A DNA stretch of 64,000 bases from Trichoplax adhaerens (lineage: Eukaryota > Animalia > Placozoa), in the NCBI RefSeq assembly GCF_000150275.1, contig NW_002060944.1, forward strand, positions 9,138,159 to 9,202,158, in the 5' to 3' direction. Below the pieces are notes generated by a model. That model worked only from the letters and a program-made list of their open reading frames with translations. It did no database searches and was not told the origin of the DNA. Each line of letters begins with the position of its first letter. The stretch's first letter is position 1. The position numbers and the translations under genes were made by a program. Shown here in pieces: positions 1 through 12,283 of this stretch.

Positions 1-2198
1 AAAGATGGATGACGTGAACAAAATGAGATAAATTCCAACCCATCACCAAATGATACCATGACTAATAATAATAATATAGTTATAAGTTAGGTTAAGCTGT
101 GAAACTGAGAAGTTTGTATTGGCTAATAATGAAAATTGTAGACATGAGTCCAATTTGATTGATGAACGACTTACTAAGTAATAAGATGGTAGAATAAAAA
201 TTGGTATGATACATCATCTCGTAACCGCCAACATTTGCCCTAGCTCTCATTTTGTCTTGAATAGCACCAGTAATTCCATCTGACGCTAATGATATTAGCT
301 AAGAACAAAATTGATACAGAGTTTAATAGCTTTTTCTTAATTTATAGAGCGGCACTACAACTATTCAGGTTGGAAATAAGGCCTTACTAGTAATAATTCT
401 CCAATGCCGAAATTGGCTTTAAATGTATGTTCAGATCTCTGCTTAGGAAATTACAAAGAAAGAGCAATGTCAAATGTACGTAGATATCGCACATAGAATA
501 GCTAGCATACTCGTAAGGTATTCACCTACCGTCTTGTAAAGCATAAAGACTACAATTCCAAAGACAATAAGGAGAACAGATAAGTATTTCGTTAAGGAAT
601 ATCGTTTTCCTCCAATTAAAGCCCCAAGTATCATGACAGGAATTGGTTTGCATGCTTTTCCCAAAACCTAATGATTTATATCAAGTTCATATTATCTTAT
701 GGACTGACTAATCATCACAACGGTAAAACTCATGATTAAAATCATTACTCTATGTATACTATTGCTATCAACTGTACATCGTATTCTTTTGAAAATGTAG
801 CCATGTTCAATTACCTGTTCGGGATAGTTTATGAATATTAAAGCCTTATTACTAGCTGTCATGGCTCCAATATATGTCAAAGATAGCATGAAATACCAGT
901 GCGAAGGCGTTTCGCTACTCGTCTTTCCAGCAAGCTGTACACCTAAGAGTTATTGCATCCAAGAACATCCAAATAGAAGCACTTTATTATACACATGAAA
1001 GATGAGTTACTTTTATCCTACTGATTTTAGTAGCCTTGAACCGCTAAAATGGGTGCATCATTCAACTACTAACATCAATGATTGTCTTTACGTGGCAAGT
1101 ACAGTATACAAATGTTCTACCCTATCAGGAGTTGATTTATGTTATTGGAACGTCTTATTGATGAATTACCGATTGAAGTACGAACAATATCAGAAATAGT
1201 ACTAATCTTCTCTCTGATATTGCGTTCAATATTGATTACAGTAAGCTCCTACAGAGCAAGTTTATTTATTCAATTCATTCATTCAATTAGCTTACCGACA
1301 CGAGCAATGAGCAAATTAGCCAAGCATTGGAGAGCCACTAAAGAGGTTGAAAATGTAAATTTATCTGTAGTACCATCGATGCTAAATTTGCCACGAGTAC
1401 TGTTATAAAAAATAGAAGCAATTTTTTTGAGTTAGGATCCAGTGTAACAAGACACTAACTATTCTCTATGGTTTATCACCGTTTGTAATCATCTCATTGG
1501 AAAAGCATACGACAAACGACTCGTTCAATTGAAGACGACGGGTTTTGGTCACGATTGACTACTAACTAAATTACCTTGAGCCGTGATCGTACAGTAGATC
1601 AACATGTCCATTGACTGCATTGTACAGACAAGAATTGTAAAATAACATGGATGTCTTTACTCTATCATGGATTAGTAAAATGAGTGCATTGATCAAGCAT
1701 GTAGGAAGATCAATGAATAGCAAATGCAAGCGGAGGCCATCATTAGCACAGCACGATAGTATCAGTCAGTGATTGAATTTGATGGTGTTACTATGCCTAT
1801 TGGGTAGGATGGATTTTCAGGGGTGGATCATTCATTTCCTGAATGGATGCAATATCTATCGTGCCAAGACAAGAGTGGGAATTGATCCGAGTGTGTCTAT
1901 CTGACTCTCGTTACTAAAAAAATGAGCTTAAGCGATGCTAATAATCCTTCTTTATTACATGTACTGTCTACATCTAGCGATCATTCAATGCGATAGGGCA
2001 GTGTCTCATTTTAAATAGAGTGATGACCGCAGACAAGAAATCAAAAGAGGCCAAATAGAACTAGCAGACGATCAAGTATGGATGCTTGGTCATGCAGGTG
2101 ATGTTGACTTACATTTTCTCTTGAGCGATGCCATAAAAAAAATAACTAATAAATATTCCTGATGCACAGAAGAATAATTTAGTTGATTTTCTCATCAT
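1..2198 (-). CDS. SLC35B1: Solute carrier 35B1 (ER nucleotide-sugar/ATP-ADP transporter family), multi-exon, 3' end outside window
   Basis: Exon 1 2113-2198 ([29 protein letters not shown]), exon 2 1296-1399 ([25 protein letters not shown]), later exons with [34 protein letters not shown] and [12 protein letters not shown]; GT-AG junctions; motifs characteristic of SLC35B1/HUT1. Confidence 0.93.
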
Positions 2199-2700
2199 GA
2201 AATGATTGCTTGTCGATGATCCAATCGAGTACTATAGTACATCCAACGATGGTTGCAAACCGCCTACAATAAGTTGATGAATGATTGGAGCAATAGTCCA
2301 GTCAAGACTGTAAGTGATTCCTATTCAACTGTTACCGATGGCAATCAATCTGCTTGTCGATTTGACAATTTTAATCGCGCATCGATAATCCACTGCTGCA
2401 ATTCTTCAATTTCTTGAGCCAGTCTGTTGTCATAATATGACCTCGAGTATTGATTGAATGTCGGCTGGTTTTAAAAGGCCTCTCGTACCAGAGCCGTGCG
2501 TTCCTTGCGACTGGCATACTGGCGCCGACTACATACGCAATCAGCCATGGAACTGCATACATAACTCTGTTGGTGAAAGTGATCAACGCCAGCACAGAGG
2601 AATGTCAGCCAGTCAGTAGAAACTACATACCGTAGACTACAGTACTGTACACTCTACACTCTGCAGGACTGCCATGGGTCACGTGGTATCACCACCAAAG

Positions 2701-2719
2701 CGTGGCAAGCTCCGATTGG
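2701..2719 (-). promoter_or_regulatory. ER stress response element (ERSE, CCAAT-N9-CCACG)
   Basis: Reverse complement reads CCAAT CGGAGCTTG CCACG with the exact 9-nt spacer, ~500 bp upstream of the SLC35B1 ATG; GTCACGTGG at 2678-2686 is adjacent. Confidence 0.7.
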
Positions 2720-2740
2720 CTTCGGATCCTTTGGTCCATC

Positions 2741-3277
2741 GTGTCCTTCTTCTCGTTCTGTCCGAGACTGCAACTCTAGACGTTGGACAGACAACTGGCC
2801 CGAGAAAGCTGTTCATGCATCATAATAGAGATTATTGATTTTTATACCGTCACACAGTGTCCTGGTTCTCATCCTTTCCGAAACTGCAACTCTGGACATT
2901 AGACAACACGCCGGAGAACTTGTATACAGTAGAATGTATCATCAAATTGATTGATTCTATTGTCATACGGTGTCCTGGTCTTCGTTCTGTCCGAGACTGC
3001 GAATCTGGACATGGGACAGCACACCCGAGGACCTGTCATGGAATGTACAGTGTACAGTACAGTAAGGGTTAGCATACACTGTACACTGTACACTGTGGGA
3101 TTTAGAATTGACAATGTCACACAGTGTCCGTCCGAGACTGCCAATCTGGACATTGGACAACACGCTCGAGAACCTGTAATACGGTATCTGAGATTCTATA
3201 CTGTCACACTATGTCCTGGCCTCGTCCTGTCCGAGAATCCAAATCTGCATATTGGACAACACGCCCGAGAACCTGTA
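2741..3277. repeat. Five degenerate copies of a ~60 bp core (period ~100-140 bp) upstream of SLC35B1
   Basis: Core TGTCCGAGACTGC-AATCTGGACATTGGACAACACGCCCGAGAACCTGT recurs near 2759, 2877, 2988, 3129 and 3228. Confidence 0.9.
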
Positions 3278-5619
3278 AGGTATCATACAGTAGAATGGAT
3301 ACCGTCGTTGGAAGAGTCCAAGTATTTCCATACGATTGTAGGACTACTTGCAAAATAGCATCCGCTTTGCCCCGTCTACTTTCTCTCTCTCTTTCTTGAC
3401 GCTAATCGCCGATTAAATAGTAAGAGAGAGGAGTAGGAGACGGTGGAAAAAAGGGCAACAGTTGAGTGCAGTAGTCTTTGACGATTGTAAAGTAAAATCC
3501 ATACAGACTGGATCTTACCATTAGCACCCCCCCAACAATCGAAAACGCCATGCTTGTACTCTGTAGTACAGAGGCCCAATGTCACCACCGTAGTTGTGTC
3601 GTGTCTACTGATGGAAAAGGGTTTAGCCATAGTGTAGACCTTCATGAATGAATGAGGTCTTGAAAATTCAATTTTGAAGGCATTTACTTTCTAATTTGAC
3701 TCAAGTTTGACCAATACCTGATCACTACAACCTTGAACAATTGAATACGTAAACTACAGCAAGTGAGGGTGCGGGACGACGTCAGGGACTTGGTACTTCC
3801 TCTTTCATGGAGGTCTTCTCCTTCCTCAACGTACCTTAAAACGATCATGGCGGATATGTCTGCAATATCCATTCATTTTATGCTGTATTGAATAGTACTG
3901 TAAGCGTCAATGCCTAGTGGAGTATACCGAAAATCCATTTAGTACAAGTATGTGCCAATATGCTGCTCAAGCGATTACTCCGACGGAAGACCTTGTAAAT
4001 TTCCACGCTAGTCCATTTGTAGCAGAATAACTCCATCAATCTGCAAGTAAGAGCGATACTGTCTTCAATACTTTCCATAGAAGAAGAAGTACTGGACTAG
4101 AAAAAGGACAATTTTATCCTAAAATCTCCAACAACACTGCCATAATATGGAGACATGGAATGTCTAGTATGCAATAGTAAATGATATCGGAGTTGTTGAG
4201 TTCGACAGTTGGGATATACGCGTAGATATTAGGGGTAGACTCATTCAGGCGACATGAATTCATTAGAATAAATGAACAGTCAGTTCATGATAGCGTTATC
4301 CTCAACTTCTAATACAGATGGCCATCCTAATTAATGTATTAATCAACTATAAAATGATCTCGCAGCGTGTGATGAATGAGCGCACTACTCGGCACAAGTT
4401 GAAGAAAGTAGCAATCGCGAGCCGCTTCCGTAATATTTCAACATCCAATTGCATAGTCCTCTCTGCCTATTTTAATCATTTGTACTTACACATAAATCAA
4501 CAAATACTGTGGCAGCGTTATGCTACTAATGAGGTCTAGTTACTTGAAGAAAAAAAGGATGGAAATGGATAGCAATCTCATGCGCTTAAAGTTCCAAAAC
4601 TGATTCCACAAGTAACGAAGGAAATGGCAAACTTGCACCGGTTCTACAATATCCTAAGATTAAATTGTAGAGCACAGCCGGACTACTTTAATCATTCCTA
4701 TTTACAAACATGTACAATTGTACATTAGCTAATTATACTGTACTTCAGCAACACTACAAAACAGTAATCTGCAATTAAATTAGAACGCTATTACTATTGT
4801 TGGACAACTCTCTTGGTTAAAAGTTGACCAGAACAGCATCAGCAACATTACAATCGTAAAAGAATATAGCAATCTTAAACTTGTTCTATAAAATTCTAAA
4901 ATTAATTTGTGTCGTGCAGTTGGGCTACTCTGACTGTGATCATTTTTGTTGGCATGCAGATCAGTCAATGCTCTAGCAGCCTCAAGATTGTGCATAAATG
5001 ATTAAGTTAAACCATAACACCATTGCTATTGACTCATCCTCAGTTGCTAAAAAAAAGGAGAATCTCGCTAGTCAAGCCTGATTGCATCTCCAATCCGTTC
5101 CATAATATTCTAATTTTAAAATAAGTTGTTTAGTTTAATGGAATCATTTTAACTAGCTGATATTTTTAAATTCATAGATACACCAATGGCACGCGGCTTC
5201 GCTTCTTGTTTATTTTTTCAAGTAGCCCACTCAAATTCAAACTACGAATACGTTAATTTTAGGCAAAAACTTTGCCTTTTTAAAACTTACTATAGCTAAC
5301 TTGTTTCAAATCATGAGAAATTACTACATCACGGTTAATGAAGAAGACCATTCAACTCGATAGTTACCAAGATATAAAACTATAGAAAGTACGTGATACC
5401 TTTTCATTCCTGTCGAGCTAGTATGCGATAAAAATAAATCATGCCTAGTTTCCAAGCACTTCAGTAAGACCTTCTCTCCAATTAAACAACCTGCGAATGA
5501 AAGTATCCTACACAATAAGAATAATCATATGTTTGCAAAATTAGCGCTACTACTGCACAGTGCATTCTTCTAAAGAACTACCGAATTTTGCAACTTTCAA
5601 GTCGATATCCATAGCACAT

Positions 5620-6603
5620 ATGTTGTTGAAGACGGTCTCCACTCTACTTTTCTACCTATTGGCTTCTACTCTCCACTATGGTGCTTCAGTGGGTAAAATG
5701 ATAATAAAAAAAATAAACTAATATTGCTTTCTGCTTTACATTTTTTATTGCAATATTGTGCCTGCAACACTACAACGTAATGAAATTGATGTTTATTTTG
5801 TATCTATGTGTATGTTCAGACACGAAAGACATTGTTCCATTATTCACCAGACATGCGAGAATGAAACGAAAAAGTATTTCTACTTCGGCACATATAAACA
5901 GCCTACAAAAATCATATTATGAAATCGATAGAATCAGGCAAAGTAAAACTCCGATCAAATCTCAATCTCGTCAAGATAAAGACTCAAAAGTCGATAGGCA
6001 AAGTATGAAAGGAATAGAGGCGCCTATGCCTGCCTTACTAGAACCGCAAGATGATACTAAACCTAATACGTCTTCTATCATTGCAATTAAAAGCCAAGAA
6101 TTTGCATTGACCAATGATCTCAATTTTAGTCAAACAGAACTTTATAATCTTTCTTTTGCTACTATAAGCAGTGCTAGAAATGTAACAAATCAAATGCCAT
6201 CAGAAGTAGCATTAGCCATCGTTGCTACAGTTTCTGCTTCATTAGCGATTCTATGCCTTTGTTTGTTGCCCAGCGTAAGATATCGAATCAACAGATGCTG
6301 CATGGCATTTAGTCTTAGCAAGCCTCCAAGCAGAAATCATCCAACAGAAATCCACCCATCAGCACCACCGGGTAGTTATCGTAGCCAGCAGAGACGCCAA
6401 CGTCGTCCATGGCCTTCCAATGGCACAGGACCAACGTGGTTGACTGGATTCAGTTTTACTAAAATGACTACATTCGTAAGATTTTATACACGTAGAGATT
6501 AATAATTTTGTGGTTTTGACCTGTATTAACAATTCGCTATTAGCTTACAACAGCGACGAAATCATCTCAAGCTAGAGTAATCTCCTGTACGCAACTTTCT
6601 TAA
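5620..6603 (+). CDS. Orphan single-pass type I membrane protein (~262 aa), 3 exons
   Basis: Exon 1 5620-5692 encodes a signal peptide (MLLKTVSTLLFYLLASTLHYGASV); phase-consistent splice into exon 2 5820-6475 (the long ORF); exon 3 6544-6603 ends in TAA. TM segment VALAIVATVSASLAILCLCLLPSV followed by RYR; sequons NTS, NFS, NLS, NVT on the luminal side. Confidence 0.75.
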
Positions 6604-7661
6604 GGTTAAGATGCCTATTTACTCTTGCTTAAAATTCATGACCAGCTACTACTATTTCACTTAGCACAAGCTGGTAAGTGATGATACGTTACGGATAAAA
6701 TTTGTATAAATTCAATAGCAATATGCTCGTCTATTCGCGTTTCTTGACACGAAAATGGCAGCAAACCTTTGTTCTATGTAATTATACGAGTATTGGTGAA
6801 TGTGAGACCTGTATTTATACCACAGTAAAATATGAATAAATAGCATTGCTAAAACGAGTACTACAAGGGATATGCAAAATTTTGACTTATCCGATAAAAA
6901 CTGGATAAACCAGATTGTAATGACTTTGAACTTTTCTATTCGTTATTAATAGTAGGAGTAAGAATAAATGTAAAACTGTCTATATTTCGCCTGCAACAGA
7001 TCATACCCAACATCCATATATAGAATTGTTTCCTTCGACAATTCTTTTTTGCTAGCACTATTTTTAGCTATATATATATATATAATAACAATAATAATAA
7101 TAAACCTTTTAAGATCCCTTATTAATCGTAATCATAGCAAGGAAAAAGCCCTGCAACTAAATATCGAAGTACATCACTAATCTTCCGTCTATTGAATAAA
7201 TAATAGCAATACCGGAGGATTACACTTTGAATTCCATTAGTAGAATTCCAATTTATTTGGTAATATTATATTGCTATACATTCTATAAACGAATAGTATG
7301 ATCATAATATCGCTAATCATGGATATCGTTGATATATCGTACATTATTCCATAGTAAGCGTCTCTTGTGAAGCAGTGACTATTTTAGTTAAAGTGGAAGA
7401 AATCAGTCAAATACTCTTACCGAAATCATCTGCAATTAAAGTTGCAACATGTTTACGATATCCTTCACAAACAACTATTCCTATCAATACTGTATTAGTT
7501 TTTATCAAGAAACATCATCACTAGCAAAGACATCTTGGCCATTCCTTAATGATTTCTATACATTGAAAAAAGAGTTGTGTTGATATTTTAGTGTTCCTGA
7601 TTTTAGAACTTCAAGTTTTATTCTTGTCAAAGCCTTTATCACATGAAAAAGTAAAAGCACC

Positions 7662-8846
7662 ATGGGGAAACCTAATCACAGCGATAAAGCCTCCTCTGAA
7701 AGCTGCAAAAGCCAAAAGCACACTATGAAAACTAACAACATAATCAAACAGCATAACAAGCAGGCGAAAAGGTATCATAATGCATTTCGTAATCAATTAA
7801 TACATCATGGTGGGAAAATTGTAGATTCAGCTCTATCGGTTTTAGCAAACCAACATGCTAGTCGTAAAAGATACTCAGAACCGGCTCAGTTAGGTTGGAG
7901 CGATTGGGAGAAATTAGATTTCGCCTATTTTCAGTTTCTCAAACAATATAAATTGGTCAAGCGGATCCATACCAATGCAAAATACACCATTTCTCTATAT
8001 AAATTCAATCAACTTCGCGTTACTGTCAAACATATTACCAATCCAGGTCGGCATGATCAACTTCTTCTATGGCAACGGCTACAAGATGAATATAAACTAT
8101 TAAAAGATTTTAATCATCCCAATATTATGCAAGTAAACGATTGGTATAAGACTAAATCAGACTATATGATTCTCATGCCAGTTATGCATCTTAATTTAAT
8201 TCAATACTTACTACAACGTCGGGCATTAGTACCGGAAAATGATGTTAAAACTATCATAGCACAAGTTCTTCATGGTCTTCAGTATCTTCATTCTCAGCGC
8301 TATATTCATTGTAATATTCGACCTTGTAATATCGTCTTTTCTAGGTCTAATACTCTTCAATTAGTTCTTTGTGGTTTTACATCGGCTGTCTATCTACCTG
8401 CAATTGCTCATTCAATCTCCGATAGCCAATGCAGTAAACACATCATTGATCATAAGGCACCAATAGATATACAAGATTTTAACTATTGTGCTCCAGAACT
8501 CTTTCAGTTACATGCTTCCTATAATTTTTCAACGGATTGCTGGAGTGTTGGTGTTCTGTTGTATAGGCTACTTTTCAATATGTTACCTTTCGTATGGAAT
8601 GATGATAATATTGCGCATGCAAACAATTATTATATGCAAAGAATGCAGACCATTTTCCAAACGCCACAAGGCGAAAAGCTACCTCTACGCTGTCGAAATT
8701 TAATAGTAAACTTGTTGAATCTAGATGTTACGCGACGGTGGAAAGTTTCCAAAGCACTGGAAAATGAATGGCTAAATGATCATCCAAGTAACATTGCAAT
8801 GGTTGCTGGCAATAAGAGTGATGATCCAGTTGATGTCGAGTCTTAA
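7662..8846 (+). CDS. CAMK-group-like pseudokinase, intronless CDS, 394 aa
   Basis: Kinase landmarks VTVK, RLQDEY, HPNIMQ, YCAPE, TDCWSVGV; catalytic loop HCNIRPCN and CGF in place of DFG. Confidence 0.88.
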   Translation: MGKPNHSDKASSESCKSQKHTMKTNNIIKQHNKQAKRYHNAFRNQLIHHGGKIVDSALSVLANQHASRKRYSEPAQLGWSDWEKLDFAYFQFLKQYKLVKRIHTNAKYTISLYKFNQLRVTVKHITNPGRHDQLLLWQRLQDEYKLLKDFNHPNIMQVNDWYKTKSDYMILMPVMHLNLIQYLLQRRALVPENDVKTIIAQVLHGLQYLHSQRYIHCNIRPCNIVFSRSNTLQLVLCGFTSAVYLPAIAHSISDSQCSKHIIDHKAPIDIQDFNYCAPELFQLHASYNFSTDCWSVGVLLYRLLFNMLPFVWNDDNIAHANNYYMQRMQTIFQTPQGEKLPLRCRNLIVNLLNLDVTRRWKVSKALENEWLNDHPSNIAMVAGNKSDDPVDVES

Positions 8847-9379
8847 CGTGCATGGTAGAAGATGATTTTCATCAAGCAATATTGAATCTTACTTGCGGCA
8901 GTAAATAAATACTTTTTTCTTACATGTGTCTTGATTAGAATGCACTCGAATTAATAACGTATTTCATTACTTACTATAAATATTATAATTAGAAAATGCT
9001 ACTCTAAAGGATTTAAGCGCATAAATATTTTTCCATAAGTGGCTCCTTAACAAATCGTGCAGTATTTAGATTGCATATGCGATCAGTGAATTCCCAGCTT
9101 ACTGGTTCGAGATCTTCTTTCATAGCGATTAATAGACTATTAGTTTTATTATAATGTTTCGACCTTAGATCTTGCATTAGCTTATAGTTAGAGGATAACA
9201 AAGAAATTATGCGTATGCTTATTGAATCATGAACTTAATTTGTAAGATTGTCTTATTGAACTTATTATTTCCCTAATTAAACCTACGAACATCGTTTGAA
9301 TCATTATAAGAAGAAAATTGGCTGTCGTATGAAAATTTTACTCCAGTAAAATGTTTTGTGAAATGATTTTGATGTTCTT

Positions 9380-10510
9380 CAGTACTTATTTGCTGCGAGT
9401 ATTGTGCGGTTGCTGAACTCAGCCTGGCTGCAAGTCTAATTGCAAAGCACAAAACTGCTTTAATGATCTTCAGTTCTCATTTACCACAAGTATTATACGA
9501 TAGCTAAACTCCGGCTAGCTATAAGTCTAATAGCAAAGCACAGAACTACTTTCATTTAATTTACTTTCTAGTATATTGGCATATCTTATTAAAAGTTTTT
9601 CAGTACTTCGCTTCCGCCATTACTGCACGATTACACTTGGCTGGTAACTCGAAGCCTAATTTCTTTCTGCTGTACTGACCTAATTTCATCAGACTTATTC
9701 TATAGTAATGGCGGATCTCCTTTAAAAGCTTTTCAATCTGCTACACTGAGCTACATTCACCAGACTTGTTCTATGGTAATGGCACATCTCTTTCGAATGT
9801 TTTTTTAGTCGATTATCTAGCTCGAAATGGAAATACATTGTGCTGTGCTGAGCTACTTTTATCAGACTTATAGTAATAGTGTGTCTGTATAGGGCCTATA
9901 TGTCGAAATATAATTGCAAACTGTTGCACTGAGCTACTTTCAGCTTGTTCAACAGTAAAATCATCTCTCTCAAAAGATATTCCAGGTACTTATACGCCAC
10001 TATTATTGCACATTTCTTCAACTGATGGCTCGAAATCTAGCAAATTTTAAGCTACTTTCATCGGACTTATTCTTTAAATAACAATATTTCTCTTTCAAAG
10101 GATTTTAGCTGGAAATCTAATTTCAAAGAGCTGCATACAATTACTTTCATCAAGTATGCTCTATAATAATGGCGTATCTCTTTAAAATTTTTCCCAGCGT
10201 AGGCACCATTATATTATTATACATGGACTACCTAGCTGATAGTTGCAAATCTAATTACAAACTGCTGTGCTAGAGAATTTTTTCTTTTCGGACTTCTTCT
10301 ACAAGTACTAGTAGTACTTTCGCATCGATTGGAAAAGGTTTTCAATAGATTCGTTTATACGCAGGACAGTTTATGCACAAGATTTTCAGTCCTTGTACGC
10401 CACATTATTACACAATTGCCTTGTTAATGGCTGTAAATTTAGTTAAAAAGTGCTGTACCGGACTATTTTCATCAGACTAGTTCCATAGTAATGATGTATC
10501 CCTTCAAAAT
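9380..10510. repeat. Degenerate tandem array, ~9-10 copies of a ~80-190 bp unit
   Basis: Core GAGCTACTTTCATCAGACTT-TTCTATAGTAATGGCGTATCTCTTT recurs near 9545, 9677, 9748, 9850, 9931, 10050, 10141, 10270 and 10461. Confidence 0.8.
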
Positions 10511-11934
10511 GATAGGATGGAATAGAAATAGCTTCCTTATTCCTTACAGTCATGAGATCTACACTACTTTGCTAATTGTCTATTATAATTATTGAACGAA
10601 ACAACACTAATCTTCTGAGTAAACTTTACTATGTATTATTACGACTTTTATCCTCCAAATAGAAAAGTTTCAAATTATCTGTCATAAAGTTAGCAGTAGT
10701 CCCATTCGAGAACCATTGTCGCCTTCTCTCTTTCGTTAAATGAGTACTAATAGCGGGCACTTATGAAAACAATCTCAATATGATCAGTAGTTTCTATTCT
10801 ATTACATAACATTGCGACTCTTCTCTTCCAACTTATTTATAGTTTAGCACTTCCTACCGTTATATTCACATTTTCGTTTTTTTTCTACCTGGAACTGGTT
10901 ACTTTCTTTTAGTACATTGAACACTAGCTATCTTTCATAAATTTAATTATGGTAATATGACAAGAATGAGTTTTACTAGAATTCAGCTTAATTTCAAACC
11001 GTTATGGTGGTCATTAACGTAAAACTACGGAGGGCAATAGTAAATGTACTGCAGACTGCTATTATGTTACATGCAAGTAGAAAAAATATTGCTAGATAGA
11101 TTCATGTGTATTAGTTAGCAAACAGATGGGACTGGATATAGTGATAGTATTTCAATAAATATAAATAAATATATTTTAATATATATATTTTGACGTCGCA
11201 GTAATACAGTAATAGACAGGGAAAACCTTGACCGAAGCGAATAAAGAGGCATAAATTATTGTTCAAAACAAGATGTACTCGCGCATAAAAAGAAATCTTG
11301 ATTTCCTTTTTTTTACCATCCAAAATTATTAGCGTGGATTCAGGCCTCCCCTATCTGCTATCGTATAAGATACACTAAGTTTAATCTTGTTATTTATATT
11401 TCCATCTAACTTACCCCCAACGGGCTTATTCACTATCCCGTTGCACTTTAATTTTCTCTAGCTATTCTCCGTTAGCAGCAAGAGGAAGAATCTCAAGATC
11501 GTGTATATCCGATTGCTCTTTTCTCTACCTAGAATTGTTTACTGTCAAACGATCTCACTAACATGATTGGATGAAAACAAGTTTGCGAGTGTTTAGCTCC
11601 TATTTCAATTTTTCGCCGTATTATACTCTTCCTTTCTTCTACTAGTTGTTGATCATTGGCTTTATGCTGTATACATCGGTATTGGAAACCACAGAAAATT
11701 TTCCAATTACAGGATTGGCTGCTGCAAAAGCTACAACTCCATCGAACTACAGGACTACAAGATGGAGCGATCACATTTCATCTATTACAGCAAATCACTC
11801 CAATTTAGCTATCCTAGACAACCTCTTCAGTATTGTTCTCGCTATTGGCTCTTAGATGGATGAAAGAAAAAATTAAACGAGTTCTGTGTTACCTTCTTGA
11901 AAATGGACAACAAAAAACAAAGAAATTATAAAAT

Positions 11935-12283
11935 GATATTTAAAGGGGCCGAATAGATCCAACCGTTGTGTCGTTGTCGATCCGATCAGAAATTAGTTGT
12001 ACTGTTACAACTTTAATTAATCAGATATTTAAAGGGGTCGAAAAGATCCAAACCTTGCCGTTGTCTATCCGATCAGAAGTTAGTACTGTTACAACTTTAA
12101 TTAATCAGATATTTAAAGGGGTTGAATAGATCCAAATCTTGTCGTTGTCTATCCGATCAGAAGTTAGTACTGTTACAACTTTAATTAATCAGATATTTAA
12201 AGGGGTCGAATAGATCCAAATCTTGTCGTTGTCTATCCGATCAGAAGTTAGTGGTACTGTACTGTTACAACTTTAATTAATCA
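11935..12283. repeat. Minisatellite, 4 near-identical copies of ~84-92 bp
   Basis: Unit GATATTTAAAGGGGTCGAATAGATCC...CCGATCAGAAGTTAGTACTGTTACAACTTTAATTAATCA starts at 11935, 12024, 12108 and 12192. Confidence 0.97.

Noticed and set aside
2741-3277. CRISPR-like repeat-spacer appearance of this array and those at 9.4, 23.5 and 29.7 kb
   Set aside because: Eukaryotic intron-rich context, degenerate repeats, mutually homologous spacers of variable length, no cas genes.
2857-3399. Overlapping ORFs of 66-135 aa
   Set aside because: Translations of the tandem repeat in several frames on both strands; no protein motif.
7662-7682. N-myristoylation of kinases 1 and 2 (both begin MGK)
   Set aside because: Ser is at position 7, not 6, and RPL21 also begins MGK, so the pattern is not specific.
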